Both the position numbers and the translations under genes were made by a program. A DNA stretch of 63,664 bases, counting the filler, from Octopus bimaculoides (lineage: Eukaryota): assembly GCF_001194135.2 (NCBI RefSeq). It is 4 parts of 4 records of this genome, joined end to end, with 100 filler letters (N's around TTAATTAATTAA, not from the genome) between each part and the next. Parts side by side here need not be neighbours in the genome. Positions count along the whole stretch, not along the records: positions 18,986 to 49,850 come from NC_068999.1; positions 49,951 to 61,344 come from NC_069001.1; positions 61,445 to 63,664 come from NC_068986.1; 1 more part is not named here. The stretch is one strand, 5' to 3'. Under the pieces are notes generated by a model. The model saw only the letters and a list, made by a program, of their open reading frames with translations, was not told the origin of the DNA and made no database searches. This document shows positions 49,680-62,849 of the stretch, piece by piece (the stretch's first letter is position 1; every line of letters starts with the position of its first letter).

Positions 49680-50030
49680 TCATCATCGTCATCATCGTTT
49701 AGCGTCCTCTTTCCATGCTAGCATGGGTTGGACGATTTGACTGAGGACTGGTGCAACCGGATGGCTACACCAGGCTCCAATCTAATTTGGCAGAGTTTCT
49801 ACAGCTGGATGCCCTTCCTAACGCCAACCACTCAGAGAGTGTAGTGGGTGNNNNNNNNNNNNNNNNNNNNNNNNNNNNNNNNNNNNNNNNNNNNTTAATT
49901 AATTAANNNNNNNNNNNNNNNNNNNNNNNNNNNNNNNNNNNNNNNNNNNNGTCTTCCTGGGTCTATCTCTTCCACAGATTCCCTCAACTGCTAGGGTGTG
50001 ACACTTTTTCACACAGCTATCCTCATCCAT
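49680..50030 (-). mobile_element. RTE LINE 3' fragment (gapped)
   Basis: Reverse complement of the family tail and C-terminal coding segment. Confidence 0.85.
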
Positions 50031-50325
50031 GAGGCTCCAGCAGGGGATGGTGGCAAACCCTGCTGTACTCTTTCACCACAACTTTCTCTCACTCTTACTT
50101 CCTGTTTCTGCTGTGCCTGTAATTCAAAGGGTCAGCCTTGTCACACCGTGTCACGCTGAATACCCCCGAGAACTATGTTAAGGGTATATGTGTCTGTGGA
50201 GTACTCAGCCACTTGCACGTTAATTTCACGAGCAGGCTGTTCTGTTGATCGGATCAACTGGAACCCTCAATGTCGTAAGCGACGGAGTGCCAACATTTTT
50301 GTCGAGATCAGAAATAAACTGAAAC
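50031..50325 (+). mobile_element. SINE-like repeat, 3' portion
   Basis: ggctccagcaggggatggtggcaaaccc...gatcaactggaaccctc...gacggagtgccaaca; family assignment by recollection only. Confidence 0.45.
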
Positions 50326-50827
50326 AGAGTTTCAACTGGTTAGAGTGTGAATTGAGAACGCAAACAAGGAAGCTCTTTTCTTCAATGCCCTACACACACA
50401 CACACACACACACTCACACAGACACACTTACACTCATTCATACATGCATGCTAATGCACAGGCACACACATGCATCCATACCTTGTTTTAATATCAAAGA
50501 ACTAGATTTTAAAAACAGCTAGTTTTAACAAAAGGTTTTTTTTCTATGGCGGGTTAACTTGAATATTGTTTGTGTTGAAATTGATGAAAATGTACAACAC
50601 AAATGTTTTGTGTATAGAGTTTATCATTAATTATAATCCTTTTCATGAAATAAATTATGTAGTTGAATAGCGTTAGTGACCTACTTTTCCAATAAATGTT
50701 TAATAAATGCTTTTGGCTCTATTGAGTTTAGCATGATCACAAACTGAAACAAAGGAACAAAGGAATGCAGGGTTGTTTCAAAAGTACTAAAAGTACTAAT
50801 TGCTTTGTATATACACACATATATATC

Positions 50828-51584
50828 AGCCATGCTACATGGCAGTGAAACATGGGCTGTAACTGCTGAGGACATACGTAAGCTCGCAAGGAATGAAGCC
50901 AGTATGCTCCGTTGGATGTGTAATGTCAATGTGAATACCCGTCAGAGTGTAAGTATCTTGAGAGAAAAGCTGAACATTAGAAGCATCAGTTGTGGTGTGC
51001 AAGAGAGACGATTGCGCTGGTATGGACATGTGGTGAGAATGGATGAGGATAGCTGCGTGAAAAAGTGCCACACCCTAACAGTTGAGGGAACCCGTGGAAG
51101 AGGTAGGCCCAGGAAGACCTNNNNNNNNNNNNNNNNNNNNNNNNNNNNNNNNNNNNNNNNNNNNNNNNNNNNNNNNNNNNNNNNNNNNNNNNNNNNNNNN
51201 NNNNNNNNNNNNNNNNNNNNNNNNNNNNNNNNNNNNNNNNNNNNNNNNNNNNNNNNNNNNNNNNNNNNNNNNNNNNNNNNNNNNNNNNNNNNNNNNNNNN
51301 NNNNNNNNNNNNNNNNNNNNNNNNNNNNNNNNNNNNNNNNNNNNNNNNNNNNNNNNNNNNNNNNNNNNNNNNGGCACATAAAAGACACCATTTCGAGCGT
51401 GGCCGTTTTCGTGCGGGTGACACGTAAAAGCACCCACTACACTCTCTGAGTGGTTGGCGTTAGGAAGGGCATCCAGCTGTAGAAACTCTGCCAAATTAGA
51501 TTGGAGCCTGGTGTTGCCATCCGGTATCACCAGTCCTCAGTCAAATCGTCCAACCCATGCTAGCATAGAAAGCGGACGTTAAAC

Positions 51585-51617
<33 letters not shown>
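50828..51617 (+). mobile_element. RTE LINE 3' part (gap 51121-51372)
   Basis: AMLHGSETWAVT...QERRLRWYGHVVR...GRGRPRKT plus family tail. Confidence 0.92.
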
Positions 51618-51618
<1 letters not shown>

Positions 51619-51654
51619 ATAGATAGATAGATAGGTAGATAGATATAAAGCATG

Positions 51655-51899
51655 GCTGTTGCCAGTGCCACCTTTTGAGCGTGGTCGTTGCCAGGACCAT
51701 CTGACTGTCCCTCATTCTGGTGGCATGTAAAAGCACCCACTGCACTCTCGGAGTGGTTGGCATTAGGAAGGGCATCCAGCTGTAGAAACTTTGCCAGATC
51801 AGATTGAGCCTGGTGCAGCCTCTGGCTCACCAGTCCTCAGTCAAACCGTCCAACCCATGCCAACATGGAAAGTGGACGTTTAAACGATGATGATGATGA
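51655..51899 (+). mobile_element. RTE LINE 3' UTR fragment
   Basis: Second tandem copy of the family tail with (GAT)n. Confidence 0.88.
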
Positions 51900-52034
51900 T
51901 ATATATATATATATACATACAGATATATGTGTGTGTGTATGTGTGTGTGTATATCTCGGCAAAAGAGACCGAGAGAATAAATACTAACTTTGATGGGTTT
52001 TGGCCAGTATAGACTCAGGTCATGTCTAGCTTAA

Positions 52035-52360
52035 TAGCACCACCTGGTGAAATCTTTTAGTCACATATGGGTCACCATGGCCCACTCTAGTAAAGAGGAG
52101 GTTGGTCTGGAATTTTTTTGAGAAATTTGTCCAGAGAACTTTTGAATTTTATGGGATCCATTTCCATTTTTATGTATTTTGGTATGGTATTAAAGAGAGC
52201 TGGACCGGTTAAGGTAAAGTAGTTGTAGCATAATGTTGCTATGTGTCCTGAGTTCGATATTTGTAGTGGGCAGATAGCACAGGGGTTAAGTCTTGGATGG
52301 ATTTTAAAACTGATACCAACATCATTTGTGCAATATTGATGGAATATTTTCCACATCACA
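52035..52360 (-). mobile_element. CR1-like LINE 3' remnant
   Basis: FTLTGPALFNTIPKYIK...FKSSLDKFLKKIPDQP. Confidence 0.8.
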
Positions 52361-52515
52361 CAAATGATGTAGCACTCCCAGCAGCATTGCAGAGAGTAGA
52401 GATTGTCATTAAATGGATTTTCTACAATATAACTGCTTCAGTTTTAAGACCTTCTCTCAGACGAAGTAATTTGCAAGATAACTATAATTCCAAACACACA
52501 AACTGTTGACATTAA

Positions 52516-52737
52516 CCCTTTCATTACCAACCCGGCTGAAACCAGCTCTGCCTCTGAGTACAAATGTCTTGTTTTCATAAACTTTGAATTAAAATCTTCC
52601 ACCAAACCTTAGTCACAATTTATGTTCCTAACACTAGCTGAATGATAACTAAATTATTTTACTAAATTCTTTGTTACATCTAAGGTAATTTTAAAAAAAA
52701 CACAGAGCATCTCAAAATAAATACAGTAACGAAAGGG
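52516..52737. mobile_element. piggyBac-type MITE
   Basis: TTAA|CCCTTTCATTAC ... GTAACGAAAGGG|TTAA. Confidence 0.88.
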
Positions 52738-53384
52738 TTAAACCAACAGCAAGCTTCAATTGAAAACATTTACTACATAAGCATTTTCTTTCTTTCTTTC
52801 TGTTTTTCCTGTTGCAGCATCTTTTTTGCCAACTTTCTTTCTCTTTTAAGTATTCTTTCAAAACTCACATGCACTTNNNNNNNNNNNNNNNNNNNNNNNN
52901 NNNNNNNNNNNNNNNNNNNNNNNNNNNNNNNNNNNNNNNNNNNNNNNNNNNNNNNNNNNNNNNNNNNNNNNNNNNNNNNNNNNNNNNNNNNNNNNNNNNN
53001 NNNNNNNNNNNNNNNNNNNNNNNNNNNNNNNNNNNNNNNNNNNNNNNNNNNNNNNNNNNNNNNNNNNNNNNNNNNNNNNNNNNNNNNNNNNNNNNNNNNN
53101 NNNNNNNNNNNNNNNNNNNNNNNNNNNNNNNNNNNNNNNNNNNNNNNNNNNNNNNNNNNNNNNNNNNNNNNNNNNNNNNNNNNNNNNNNNNNNNNNNNNN
53201 NNNNNNNNNNNNNNNNNNNNNNNNNNNNNNNNNNNNNNNNNNNNNNNNNNNNNNNNNNNNNNNNNNNNNNNNNNNNNNNNNNNNNNNNNNNNNNNNNNNN
53301 NNNNNNNNNNNNNNNNNNNNNNNNNNNNNNNNNNNNNNNNNNNNNNNNNNNNNNNNNNNNNNNNNNNNNNNNNNNNNNNNNNNN

Positions 53385-53622
53385 TATATATATGTATGTA
53401 TGTATGTGTATATATTTGTGTGTCTGTGTTTGTCCCCACCAACATCACTTGACAACCGATGCTGGTGTGTTTACGTCCCCGTGACTTAGCGGTTCGGCAA
53501 AAGAGACCGATAGAATAAGTATTAGGCTTCCAAAGAATAAGTCCTGGGGTCGATTTGCTCGACTAAAGGCGGTGCTCCAGCATGGCCACAATCAAATGAC
53601 TGAAACAAGTAAAAGAGTAAAA
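53385..53622 (+). mobile_element. SINE family B body and tail
   Basis: tttgtccccacc...cttagcggttcggcaaaagagacc...ctccagcatggcc...atgactgaaacaagtaaaaga. Confidence 0.88.
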
Positions 53623-55075
53623 GAATCTGTCTGTGAGTGTGGCTATTTAAGCAATGAATTCGTGGATGGTTAAAGGGTTGGAAGGGTACTGATGAAGAAG
53701 CAAAAACTCCTGAAATATGGCATTTATGCCCATTACCCATTTTTCATCTTTGATACATCTGGCATCTCCAATACAAAATGTAATAACAAAATCAGTGCTG
53801 GCTATAATTACTTCAGAAATTCTGTAAAGATAACCTTAACAGGTGATGTAAAGCGTACTGCTAACACAGTAGAACACAATATTGACTTGTGTGTGTGGGT
53901 GAGATGTGTGTGTATGACGTGTGTGTGTGTGTGTGTACGTATGTATATATGTATGCATGTCAGCTCCTATCAAACAGTCCAAAACAGACGTTAAATGATA
54001 ATGTATGTATGTATGACTCAATTAAGCAGTGTCTATATAATTTTCTGAGTGTCATATATAAGAGGATACATTTCATTAAATAGATTATAAAGGGTAAAGA
54101 ACTTTGAGTAATGTAGTCCTAGATATACAATGCCCGGAAAGAAGTTATGATGGTTATTAACTGGAATGTCTTTGGTCATAAGTCTGTCCAGTCAAGGCGG
54201 AAATGGGACCAAATAACAAAAACAACAACAACAACTTAATAGTGAATTTGACAGATTAAACGGTTTGAAATTTTGTGTCCGACACTGCACCAAAGTTAAT
54301 GTCCTAGAATGGCCTCACTCTATGGCTAAAACAAACTGAAACACGTGAAGGACATGACGGGTTTTCTTGTGACTGGACACGAATCCACTAACTGGTTGGC
54401 TGGCTTTGTTGCTTGTCTGTCTGTCTGTCTGTCTGCTGCACTCTTATGGAAACACACACAGACACATACACACACACTCACAAAGACACGCACAGATGAC
54501 TGAAAGAGAGAGAGAGAGAGAGAAACAGTAGCAGTGACAGGAGCAGAGATTAAATATAACATTTCGACAGGAAGGAAACAGCTGATCTTATGATGAGTTT
54601 AATAAGAAAACCAGGTCAGGTGTTAGTGAAGTAACTACTTGTCTATTTGCCTCCACATCTCATCCTCCTCATCACTCTTCTCCGGACAGATTGTCTCACA
54701 GTCCATCTATTTATCTATCACACACACAAACACTTATATTACACAGACACACGCATATTACAAACAGACAGATGCACTTGTGGAGAGAGAAAGAGAGAGG
54801 GAGGGAGACAGAAGAGGGGGAGGAGACGAGGGGGGGGATGATCTTTCTCTCTGCTTATCTCATTTCTTGACTTTGCTGCGTCTATCAACACTGTCTGACG
54901 AGCTGCATGCCTGTCTGTCTATCTGTATGTTTAGTATATATATATATATCGGTCGTTCATTTAACGTCCGCATATATAAATATATATATTTTTGTCCCAA
55001 CCATGCTAGCATGGAAGGTGAACTTAAACGATGATGATGGTATACATATATATATATATATATATGTGTATATAT

Positions 55076-55187
55076 ATCATCATCATCATCATCATCATCG
55101 TTTAACGTCCGCTTTCCATGCTAGCATGGGTTGGACGATTTGACTGAGGACTGGTGAAACCGGATGGCAACACCAGGCTCCAATCTA
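55076..55187 (-). mobile_element. RTE LINE tail
   Basis: (CAT)n then tttaacgtccgctttccatgctagcatgggttggacg. Confidence 0.85.
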
Positions 55188-56919
55188 AATGTACATGTAT
55201 ATACATATATATATATGTATATATATATGTATATATATATATGTATATGTATGTATCTATATATGTATGTGTGTGTTTGTGTCTGTGTTTGTCCCCCGAT
55301 CATCACTTGACGGCCAATGTTGGTATACTTATGGGGAAGGAAGAACCGCTTGAAGTAGTTAGTGCATTGTCTGGGGAGGTGAACGTATATGGGTGACAAG
55401 AGGATGAAAATAATTGAGCCAAGAGAGCCTGAATCATGACCATAAAACGATAAATTTAAATGTTTAATACAATTTATCTGTATTCTAGGTTACAAAATTC
55501 AATAAAATGAATTACAACTTGAACACCAAGTGTATCCCTTTCTTATAATAGGTGCACTGTTATGGTTGTGTATTGTAGAAGGTAAGTTAATAAGTTAGCA
55601 ACTGTAAAAATACTGCTTCAGAAAACCACTCTAACCCATACCAACATGGAAAAGTAGACATAAAACAATGATGATACTGAATTGTATCCTGAACTCTCAT
55701 GTGCATCTAGATGTTTGGTGGTGGTTTTATACGTAGAGACAAGAAATTATGGAAGTTCAAACTTGCTGCAGAGAATAAAAATCATATCCCTTGCATATCC
55801 AGGTGGTATTTCATTTTTAATAATTTTGTTTTGTTACATAAGTGGTATATTTCTTTATTGCATATCTAGTCTGCAAGTGTTGTCTGTATACAACATGCGA
55901 TGATGAATGGCATGCTGTTTTGTGTACTTTTCTCAATTATTGCAGTTTGTCATTGAGAGAACATAAGTTGATGAGATAAACATATGGCTACTTTCCAACT
56001 GCTTACAACCTTGTTACATGCAAAAGTGCATTCAGGTTCAACTTAGATTGTAAACCTTTCCAATTTGTATTTAGCCTCTCTCCTTCACTAACTCATGCTT
56101 GATACACATGGTAAATGGCCCCACATAGTAAATGGCTTGCTAGGAATTTCAACAAAGATCCCTTTGTTACTGGAGTTTCTCCTTTACACTAAAAAATAAT
56201 GATTGTGAGAATTACACAGGCCAACACCAAATAAAGCTTCAATGAACAGGTTTGTTCTATGATGTGGTGAAATAAAATATTGCATGGCAAAGATGAAGGT
56301 TTTAGTAAGAAGAAAGAAGACAGGACTCTGATACCATCAAGGAAATGGCCTTGTTCAATTTGTAGAAAAGGGGTATGTATAAACTCCATATGAACCTGAA
56401 AAATCTTGGAAAAAATCTCAGGAATTCACAAAAAAGTCTCATAAAAAAAACAAGATATCATGTCTCACCAACAACGATGATGGTGTCCATGAAGTTGAAG
56501 TCTTGTAGTACACTTATTCCAAGAACACATACTTAAATTTTATGTATCTTCCATGGAAAGTGGATGTATTTACACTTTCAAAGGGGTACTGCCCCGTGTT
56601 ATAAACCCCGTTAGTGGGGTTAAATGATATTCTAAGATGGTGAAATTTTGTAAATCGTCTTTATTTAGTACCTAGTAGTTATATTGTTATTTTCATTGAA
56701 ATCAGAGGCATTTGGAATTTCACAGGGGGTAATCGCAATGGAAAGTAAATTTTATGCACCTCATTGTCTTTTTCATAAAATTTTACATTAGAACACATAC
56801 TTTGTTTTTATGTATCTTCTATTCCCTTTCATCCTATAGATGTACAGACACACAGATTTTGAGCTTTATTATATAGATATATATATATATGTATATATAT
56901 ATATGTATGTATGTATGTA

Positions 56920-57105
56920 TTTGTTATTTGTGTCTGTGTTTGTCCCCCCACCCATTATTGCCTGACAACCGATGTTGGTGTGTTGCCCATAACTTAGCAG
57001 TTCAGCAAAAAGGTACCAATAGGATAAGTCTTGGGGTTGATTTGTTCAACTAAAGGTGGTGCTCCAGCATAGCCACAGTCAAATGACTGAAACAAGAATA
57101 AAAGA
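56920..57105 (+). mobile_element. SINE family B body and tail
   Basis: Same tail as 53385-53622, CpG-decayed. Confidence 0.82.
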
Positions 57106-57530
57106 ATAAAAAAATAGTATAATAGTGACTAAGTACCACAAAAATTTATATCCTCAAAATTATCGTCAGCATGAAGATACTGTACTTGACTTGGGTGGGT
57201 AGTTAAGTTGAAGGTAAAGTCTATCGTGACGAGTTTCTCTTCCTAATTAATCCATTTAGTCCAGGTAAATTATAAAAAATTAGGTCAACACAAAATTGCA
57301 TATTTTTCTTTACAAAGCAGGATGTTCTTAAACAGCTACGCTTTAACTTATAAAACACATATATACATAGATAAACATGCAGAAAAAAACAGACTACGTG
57401 TGCTTACATATACGTGTGTGTGTGTGTGTATGCATGCCAACATGGAAGGCGGATGTTAAACGATGATGATGATGATTATATATATNNNNNNNNNNNNNNN
57501 NNNNNNNNNNNNNNNNNNNNNNNNNNNNNN

Positions 57531-57566
<36 letters not shown>

Positions 57567-57589
57567 CTTTATTTTCTTTCCTTGTTTCT

Positions 57590-57730
57590 TTCTGTGTTCC
57601 TTTCTGTGGAAGAGCATAGACTGGAAACGTTAAAGACTTTTTTCACTTCCCGAGCGTTAAACTAATACATCTGTTAGTTGTCTACACCACCTGTCTTCAC
57701 CATTTGTATTTTTGTGAATTCTCCCAATAA
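57590..57730 (+). mobile_element. PLE-terminus-like repeat with variant hammerhead core
   Basis: CTTT-CTGTGGA-AGAGC..GAAA-CGTT-AAAG. Confidence 0.45.
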
Positions 57731-58471
57731 ATATATATGTATGTATATATATATATCAGTTTAAGTAATGAGGAAGGCAAGCGATTAGTCAAGGCAGGAT
57801 TATGGCATTTAAATTCATTTGATTCAACCTAAAAATAGCAAAGTAATACAAAACTGGTAAAGATAATAGAGATAGTCTCTGACAACTATTTCTGGGATAC
57901 TCCAGCCATTGGATCATCGTATCGATTGAAGACTTTGATCACCTTTTTGTTTCAGGGACATCTAGGAATGCTACATTATCCGTAGTGCCCTTTATGGTTT
58001 CTGTGTAGTCAGGTGTGATTTAAGAGATAGTTGGCTTATTTCTAGCAGACTGCACAACCACATAGAGGTTAACCTCTTTTATTTTATTTATTAACACACA
58101 CACGAGTTTTGTAATTGGTTTGCAAGGTCCTTGATGTGAACTTGAGAGTAATGACCCTACTGAGAAACAAAATGTGTGTGTGTGTGTGTGTGTGTCTATC
58201 TGTGTGTACGTGTGTGTGTCTGTGTTTTAATCAGCAGCGTAAATTGTATCAGTTAATTTTTGATTGGTATTAGTTGGTAACATAATATTATAAAAATGGC
58301 AATCATGTGATGGGGATGTGGAAGTGTGGTGGTGGGGGGGGGGTTGAAAACAATTGATAGAGAGAAAGAGAGAGTTAAAGAGAGAGAGAGAGAGCGATTC
58401 AGAGGGTGAAGGTGAGGGTTAGAGAGAGATGTGGATCAGTGTGCATGAGAGACTGTGCATGTATATGTTTG

Positions 58472-58502
<31 letters not shown>

Positions 58503-58620
58503 TTGTAAGGGAAAAACAGACACTGTGTGTGTGTATGCATGTTTGTGTGTGTATGCATGTTTGTGTGTGCAAGTGTAAGAGAGAAACGGACTGTGTGTGT
58601 GAGAGCATGCACGCATGTGT

Positions 58621-58660
<40 letters not shown>

Positions 58661-58685
58661 ATGTGTGTAAGAAAACAACATAGAC

Positions 58686-58792
58686 GTGCATCCAGCTGTA
58701 GAAACTCTGCCAGATCAGATCGGAGCCTGATGCAGCCTTCTGGCTTGCCAGTCCTCAGTCAAATCGTCCAACCCATGCTAGCATGGAAAGTG
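58686..58792 (+). mobile_element. RTE LINE tail
   Basis: gcatccagctgtagaaactctgccagatcagat...catgctagcatggaaagtg. Confidence 0.85.
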
Positions 58793-60119
58793 NNNNNNNN
58801 NNNNNNNNNNNNNNNNNNNNNNNNNNNNNNNNNNNNNNNNNNNNNNNNNNNNNNNNNNNNNNNNNNNNNNNNNNNNNNNNNNNNNNNNNNNNNNNNNNNN
58901 NNNNNNNNNNNNNNNNNNNNNNNNNNNNNNNNNNNNNNNNNNNNNNNNNNNNNNNNNNNNNNNNNNNNNNNNNNNNNNNNNNNNNNNNNNNNNNNNNNNN
59001 NNNNNNNNNNNNNNNNNNNNNNNNNNNNNNNNNNNNNNNNNNNNNNNNNNNNNNNNNNNNNNNNNNNNNNNNNNNNNNNNNNNNNNNNNNNNNNNNNNNN
59101 NNNNNNNNNNNNNNNNNNNNNNNNNNNNNNNNNNNNNNNNNNNNNNNNNNNNNNNNNNNNNNNNNNNNNNNNNNNNNNNNNNNNNNNNNNNNNNNNNNNN
59201 NNNNNNNNNNNNNNNNNNNNNNNNNNNNNNNNNNNNNNNNNNNNNNNNNNNNNNNNNNNNNNNNNNNNNNNNNNNNNNNNNNNNNNNNNNNNNNNNNNNN
59301 NNNNNNNNNNNNNNNNNNNNNNNNNNNNNNNNNNNNNNNNNNNNNNNNNNNNNNNNNNNNNNNNNNNNNNNNNNNNNNNNNNNNNNNNNNNNNNNNCGTA
59401 TCCAATTAACTAAAGACTTGTTTTGTTTACGCTTTTCCCTCCGGTTCTTTGTTCTATGTGTGCCATAAATATCGCCATCCGTTTAGAGAAAAATTTGTAG
59501 TTTAGAATCAGTAGTTCTTTGACTGCTATTTCTAAATTTTCAGTATGTTGGAGAAGCAACTCAATGCTAATCCCTGTATATTTATGATGATAAATGGTTT
59601 TACCGATAAAGGTTTTTTCATACTGAACTACTTGGCAAAATTGTTAATTATTAATTCTATTATTAATTGACGATTCCCTGCCCTTATTCTTGTATATTTT
59701 ATATATATATATATATATACATACATATATATATATTCTTTTATTTGTTTCAGTCATTTGGGTGCGGCCATGCTGGAGCACCACCCTTCTGTTTCATGTT
59801 CAAACTGACCAAATCTGTCTGTCCTCTCACACCTACCCTACAACATCATTCTAAAAATATACAACCACATCATTGAAATCTCAAAGCTGCAAGATAATGT
59901 ATGATTAATTGAAAACAATGTGAATAAATAAGTATTAGATTTGACAGAATAATTTGAATGCTAAATATTTAATGTAGGATCTCTTACATGTAGTACAGTG
60001 ACTTACAAGGCTCTGGTTAATTCAGAGCATTTAAAATCTAAGAACAGCATTCAAGGGAAGTAACTCTAATAATATCAAGCAAATGCAATAAGGCGTGGAT
60101 CTGATTTTTTTTTTTTTAA

Positions 60120-60409
60120 CCATTACCTACCAGTGATCTCATATGAGATCACTTAAAACTTACAAATTTCGTAATTATCTGTCAATATTTACACATATCT
60201 AACCTTTTTGCTATATCTACTAGGTATATTTCTCTGATATTCAAATGAAATTTGCTAATTTTTCACCCAATATCTCACTTATTTCTATTCGAAATGTTAT
60301 TTTGAAATGTTATTTTGATCATTCCAGCGTGTTTCTAAGGCTGTTTTATGCTAGAAATCAAAGTTTCATGAAAAAAATTCCAGTTAATAGAATTATGGGA
60401 GGTAATGGG
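60120..60409. mobile_element. piggyBac-type MITE
   Basis: TTAA|CCATTACCTACCA ... TGGGAGGTAATGGG|TTAA. Confidence 0.75.
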
Positions 60410-60994
60410 TTAATGTGAGACACCTAATGTATGTACACTTCTATATGCACTCAATACAACTAAGAAAAACTAGAGTATTCCATGTCATAGAAACAAACAG
60501 ACAAGCCCCCTTTTATGATGACACTAGTGTACGTGTGCGTCTGTGTGTGTGTTGCAGATGTGGCATGCAAGTTGTGAAGAGGAGTAAAACAAAAGCCATC
60601 CCAATATTTAACATCAAGCATCCTTGAACACATGTTGGTCAGGCCATTGCAGCATGACTGGAAGTCCCCTGATATACACACTTCACCGTTATTTTCAGTC
60701 ACATGCCTCATTGGAAACTATTTTAAGTGACAATCATAGCCTCCACACTTCCTTCCTCCTACTCTTTCTCTTTCCCACACCCATTTTCCATCTCTCGCTC
60801 TTACGCTCCCTTATTTCTTTTCTCCCTCTCTCTTACTCTATTCCTCCGTTCTCTCCTCTCTTTCTATCACTTTCTTTTCCCTTTGTTTTTAATCTCATAT
60901 TTTCTCCTTTCAACTCTCTCTTTCTCCCAATTCTTTCCCCCTCTTTCTCTCCCTCTGTCTTTCTCTCTGTCTTTCCATTTTTTAATTCTTTTAT

Positions 60995-61170
60995 TCTTTT
61001 ATTTGTTTCAGTCATTTGACTGCAGCCATGCTGGAGCACCACCTTTAGTCAACCCCAGAATTTATTCTTTGTAAGCCAAGTACTTATTCTATCAGTCTCT
61101 TTTGCTGAAGCACTAAGTTATGGGGACCTAAACACACCAACATCGGTTGTCAAGCGATGGTGGGGGAACA
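60995..61170 (-). mobile_element. SINE family B tail
   Basis: tttgtttcagtcatttgactgcagccatgctggagcacc (reverse complement of the tail). Confidence 0.82.
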
Positions 61171-61722
61171 AACACAGACACACAAGGGTCTCACACACAC
61201 ATCAGGTCATCCCATAAGTTCTGTCCGAATTTTGAATAAAGAAAACAAGTGATCCATTGTTATATTTAATTGAAATTTAATCATCGATGTACTTTCCCTG
61301 ATTATCTATGACTTCCTTCCATCTATTTACAAGCTTTTCAATCCNNNNNNNNNNNNNNNNNNNNNNNNNNNNNNNNNNNNNNNNNNNNTTAATTAATTAA
61401 NNNNNNNNNNNNNNNNNNNNNNNNNNNNNNNNNNNNNNNNNNNNTTTTGTATGATTGTGTATAGAGGAATATATTATTTTGCTTAAAAGAGTTCCAACAC
61501 TGTCTGTTTTTTATGTTTTATTTATATTCCTGCAGAACTAATGTGGGGTATAGAATATGGAATATACAATATATAATATGATATACAATATACAATATAA
61601 AATAAAATTAAATTAAAATGGATGGCACCATGAAAGAAAGTATTGAATGTAGATGAAATATTGAGTGTTCAATATAAAGGATCAAATATATAAATATATA
61701 AATATAAATATATATATATAAA

Positions 61723-61762
61723 GGCGACTCGAGTTTCAGGGCTATTTCCCTTCGTCATGGCC
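61723..61762 (-). ncRNA. Isolated minimal hammerhead ribozyme
   Basis: rc GGC-C(A)TGACGA-AGGG.AAATAG.CCCT-GAAA-CTCGAG-TC-GCC. Confidence 0.7.
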
Positions 61763-61841
61763 GGTATGACAGACTTTATATATATACACACTTATATATA
61801 TATATACACACTTATATATATACACACACAGGTATACACAT

Positions 61842-62642
61842 ACAGAGCGTAATGGGTAAATTGTCGCTGTTTTATACTTTTAATCTCGCGCATGCGCTCT
61901 GTTTGCTTTTGATTTTGTCGGCAACACACTATAGTAGGGTCAGTTGAGTACCGTCTGTGAGAAAAACAGCAACATGACTCTGCTAGAAATTTTCAAACGA
62001 CATGCTGTACTGCTTGATATTCGCGCGAGTAAAGTGCAGAGGATTCGGAAAGGGTCGGATGAGTCTCATGGTGATTACGAAGTTGTTTGGAGTGTTCACT
62101 AGTGATGGCGATGCTATGCCTCCATTCATTTTCCCACACGGCCTCAAACCCAACACGGAGGCCTGCGTCAAATGCCTGGAGGAGGTAGTGCTGTCCTGGG
62201 TCAATAAGATGGCTGCTGGAAGACCCTATGTCTGGCAGCAGGACTCTGTACCATGAGACAGAAGCAGGACAACTCAGACAATTTCTGCAACTAAACACCC
62301 CTAGCATCTGACCACCAAACTCCTTTCACTGTAACCCCCTTGATTATTGTGTGTGGGGCGCAGTTGAGCGAGAGACCAACAAAACTCCTTGCAATACCAA
62401 AAATGAAATGATGGCAAGGACTAAGGCAGCGTTGACCAACTTAAACAAGGAGACTGTGCAGGAGATTCCGAAGTGGTCTGGAGGTCGTGGTTGAAGCCAA
62501 TGGCGATTTTATTGAATACATTTACTCTTTAGTATTTCAAGATATTTTTACGTAATTTTGGTAAATATCTGTGAAAATGAGATATCAGTGTTATATTCAT
62601 TTTTGTGTAATTTAGACGACAGTTTATTCACCGCACTCTATA
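61842..62642 (+). mobile_element. maT/DD37D-type Tc1/mariner element, internally deleted
   Basis: FGVFTSDGDAMPPFIFPHG...RPYVWQQDS...PPNSFHCNPLDYCVWGAVE...VEANGDFIE; TA-terminated ends. Confidence 0.88.
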
Positions 62643-62849
62643 TAGATACATATAAAAGTTTCGTAGAACGAATCGACTTAGTACTTTTATATATAAGTAT
62701 GCAATGGAAAAAAAATACTGGCTCATGTTTACGTGTGTCACGCGTAATTATTTGTGTGTGCGTGTCTGTCTGTGTGTGCATGCGTGTGTGTGAGTGTGTG
62801 TATGTGTGTGCGTGTGTGTGTGTGTATGTGCGTGTACGTAATGACACTC

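Noticed and set aside
56570-56879. Possible minus-strand non-autonomous Helitron
   Set aside because: Only a TCTATATAATAAA 5' end is visible; no 3' hairpin or CTAG was found.
18930-61400. TTAATTAATTAA islands centred in 100-bp N blocks (18930-18941, 49895-49906, 61389-61400)
   Set aside because: Identical 12-mer with 44 N on each side: a scaffolding or gap marker, not biological.
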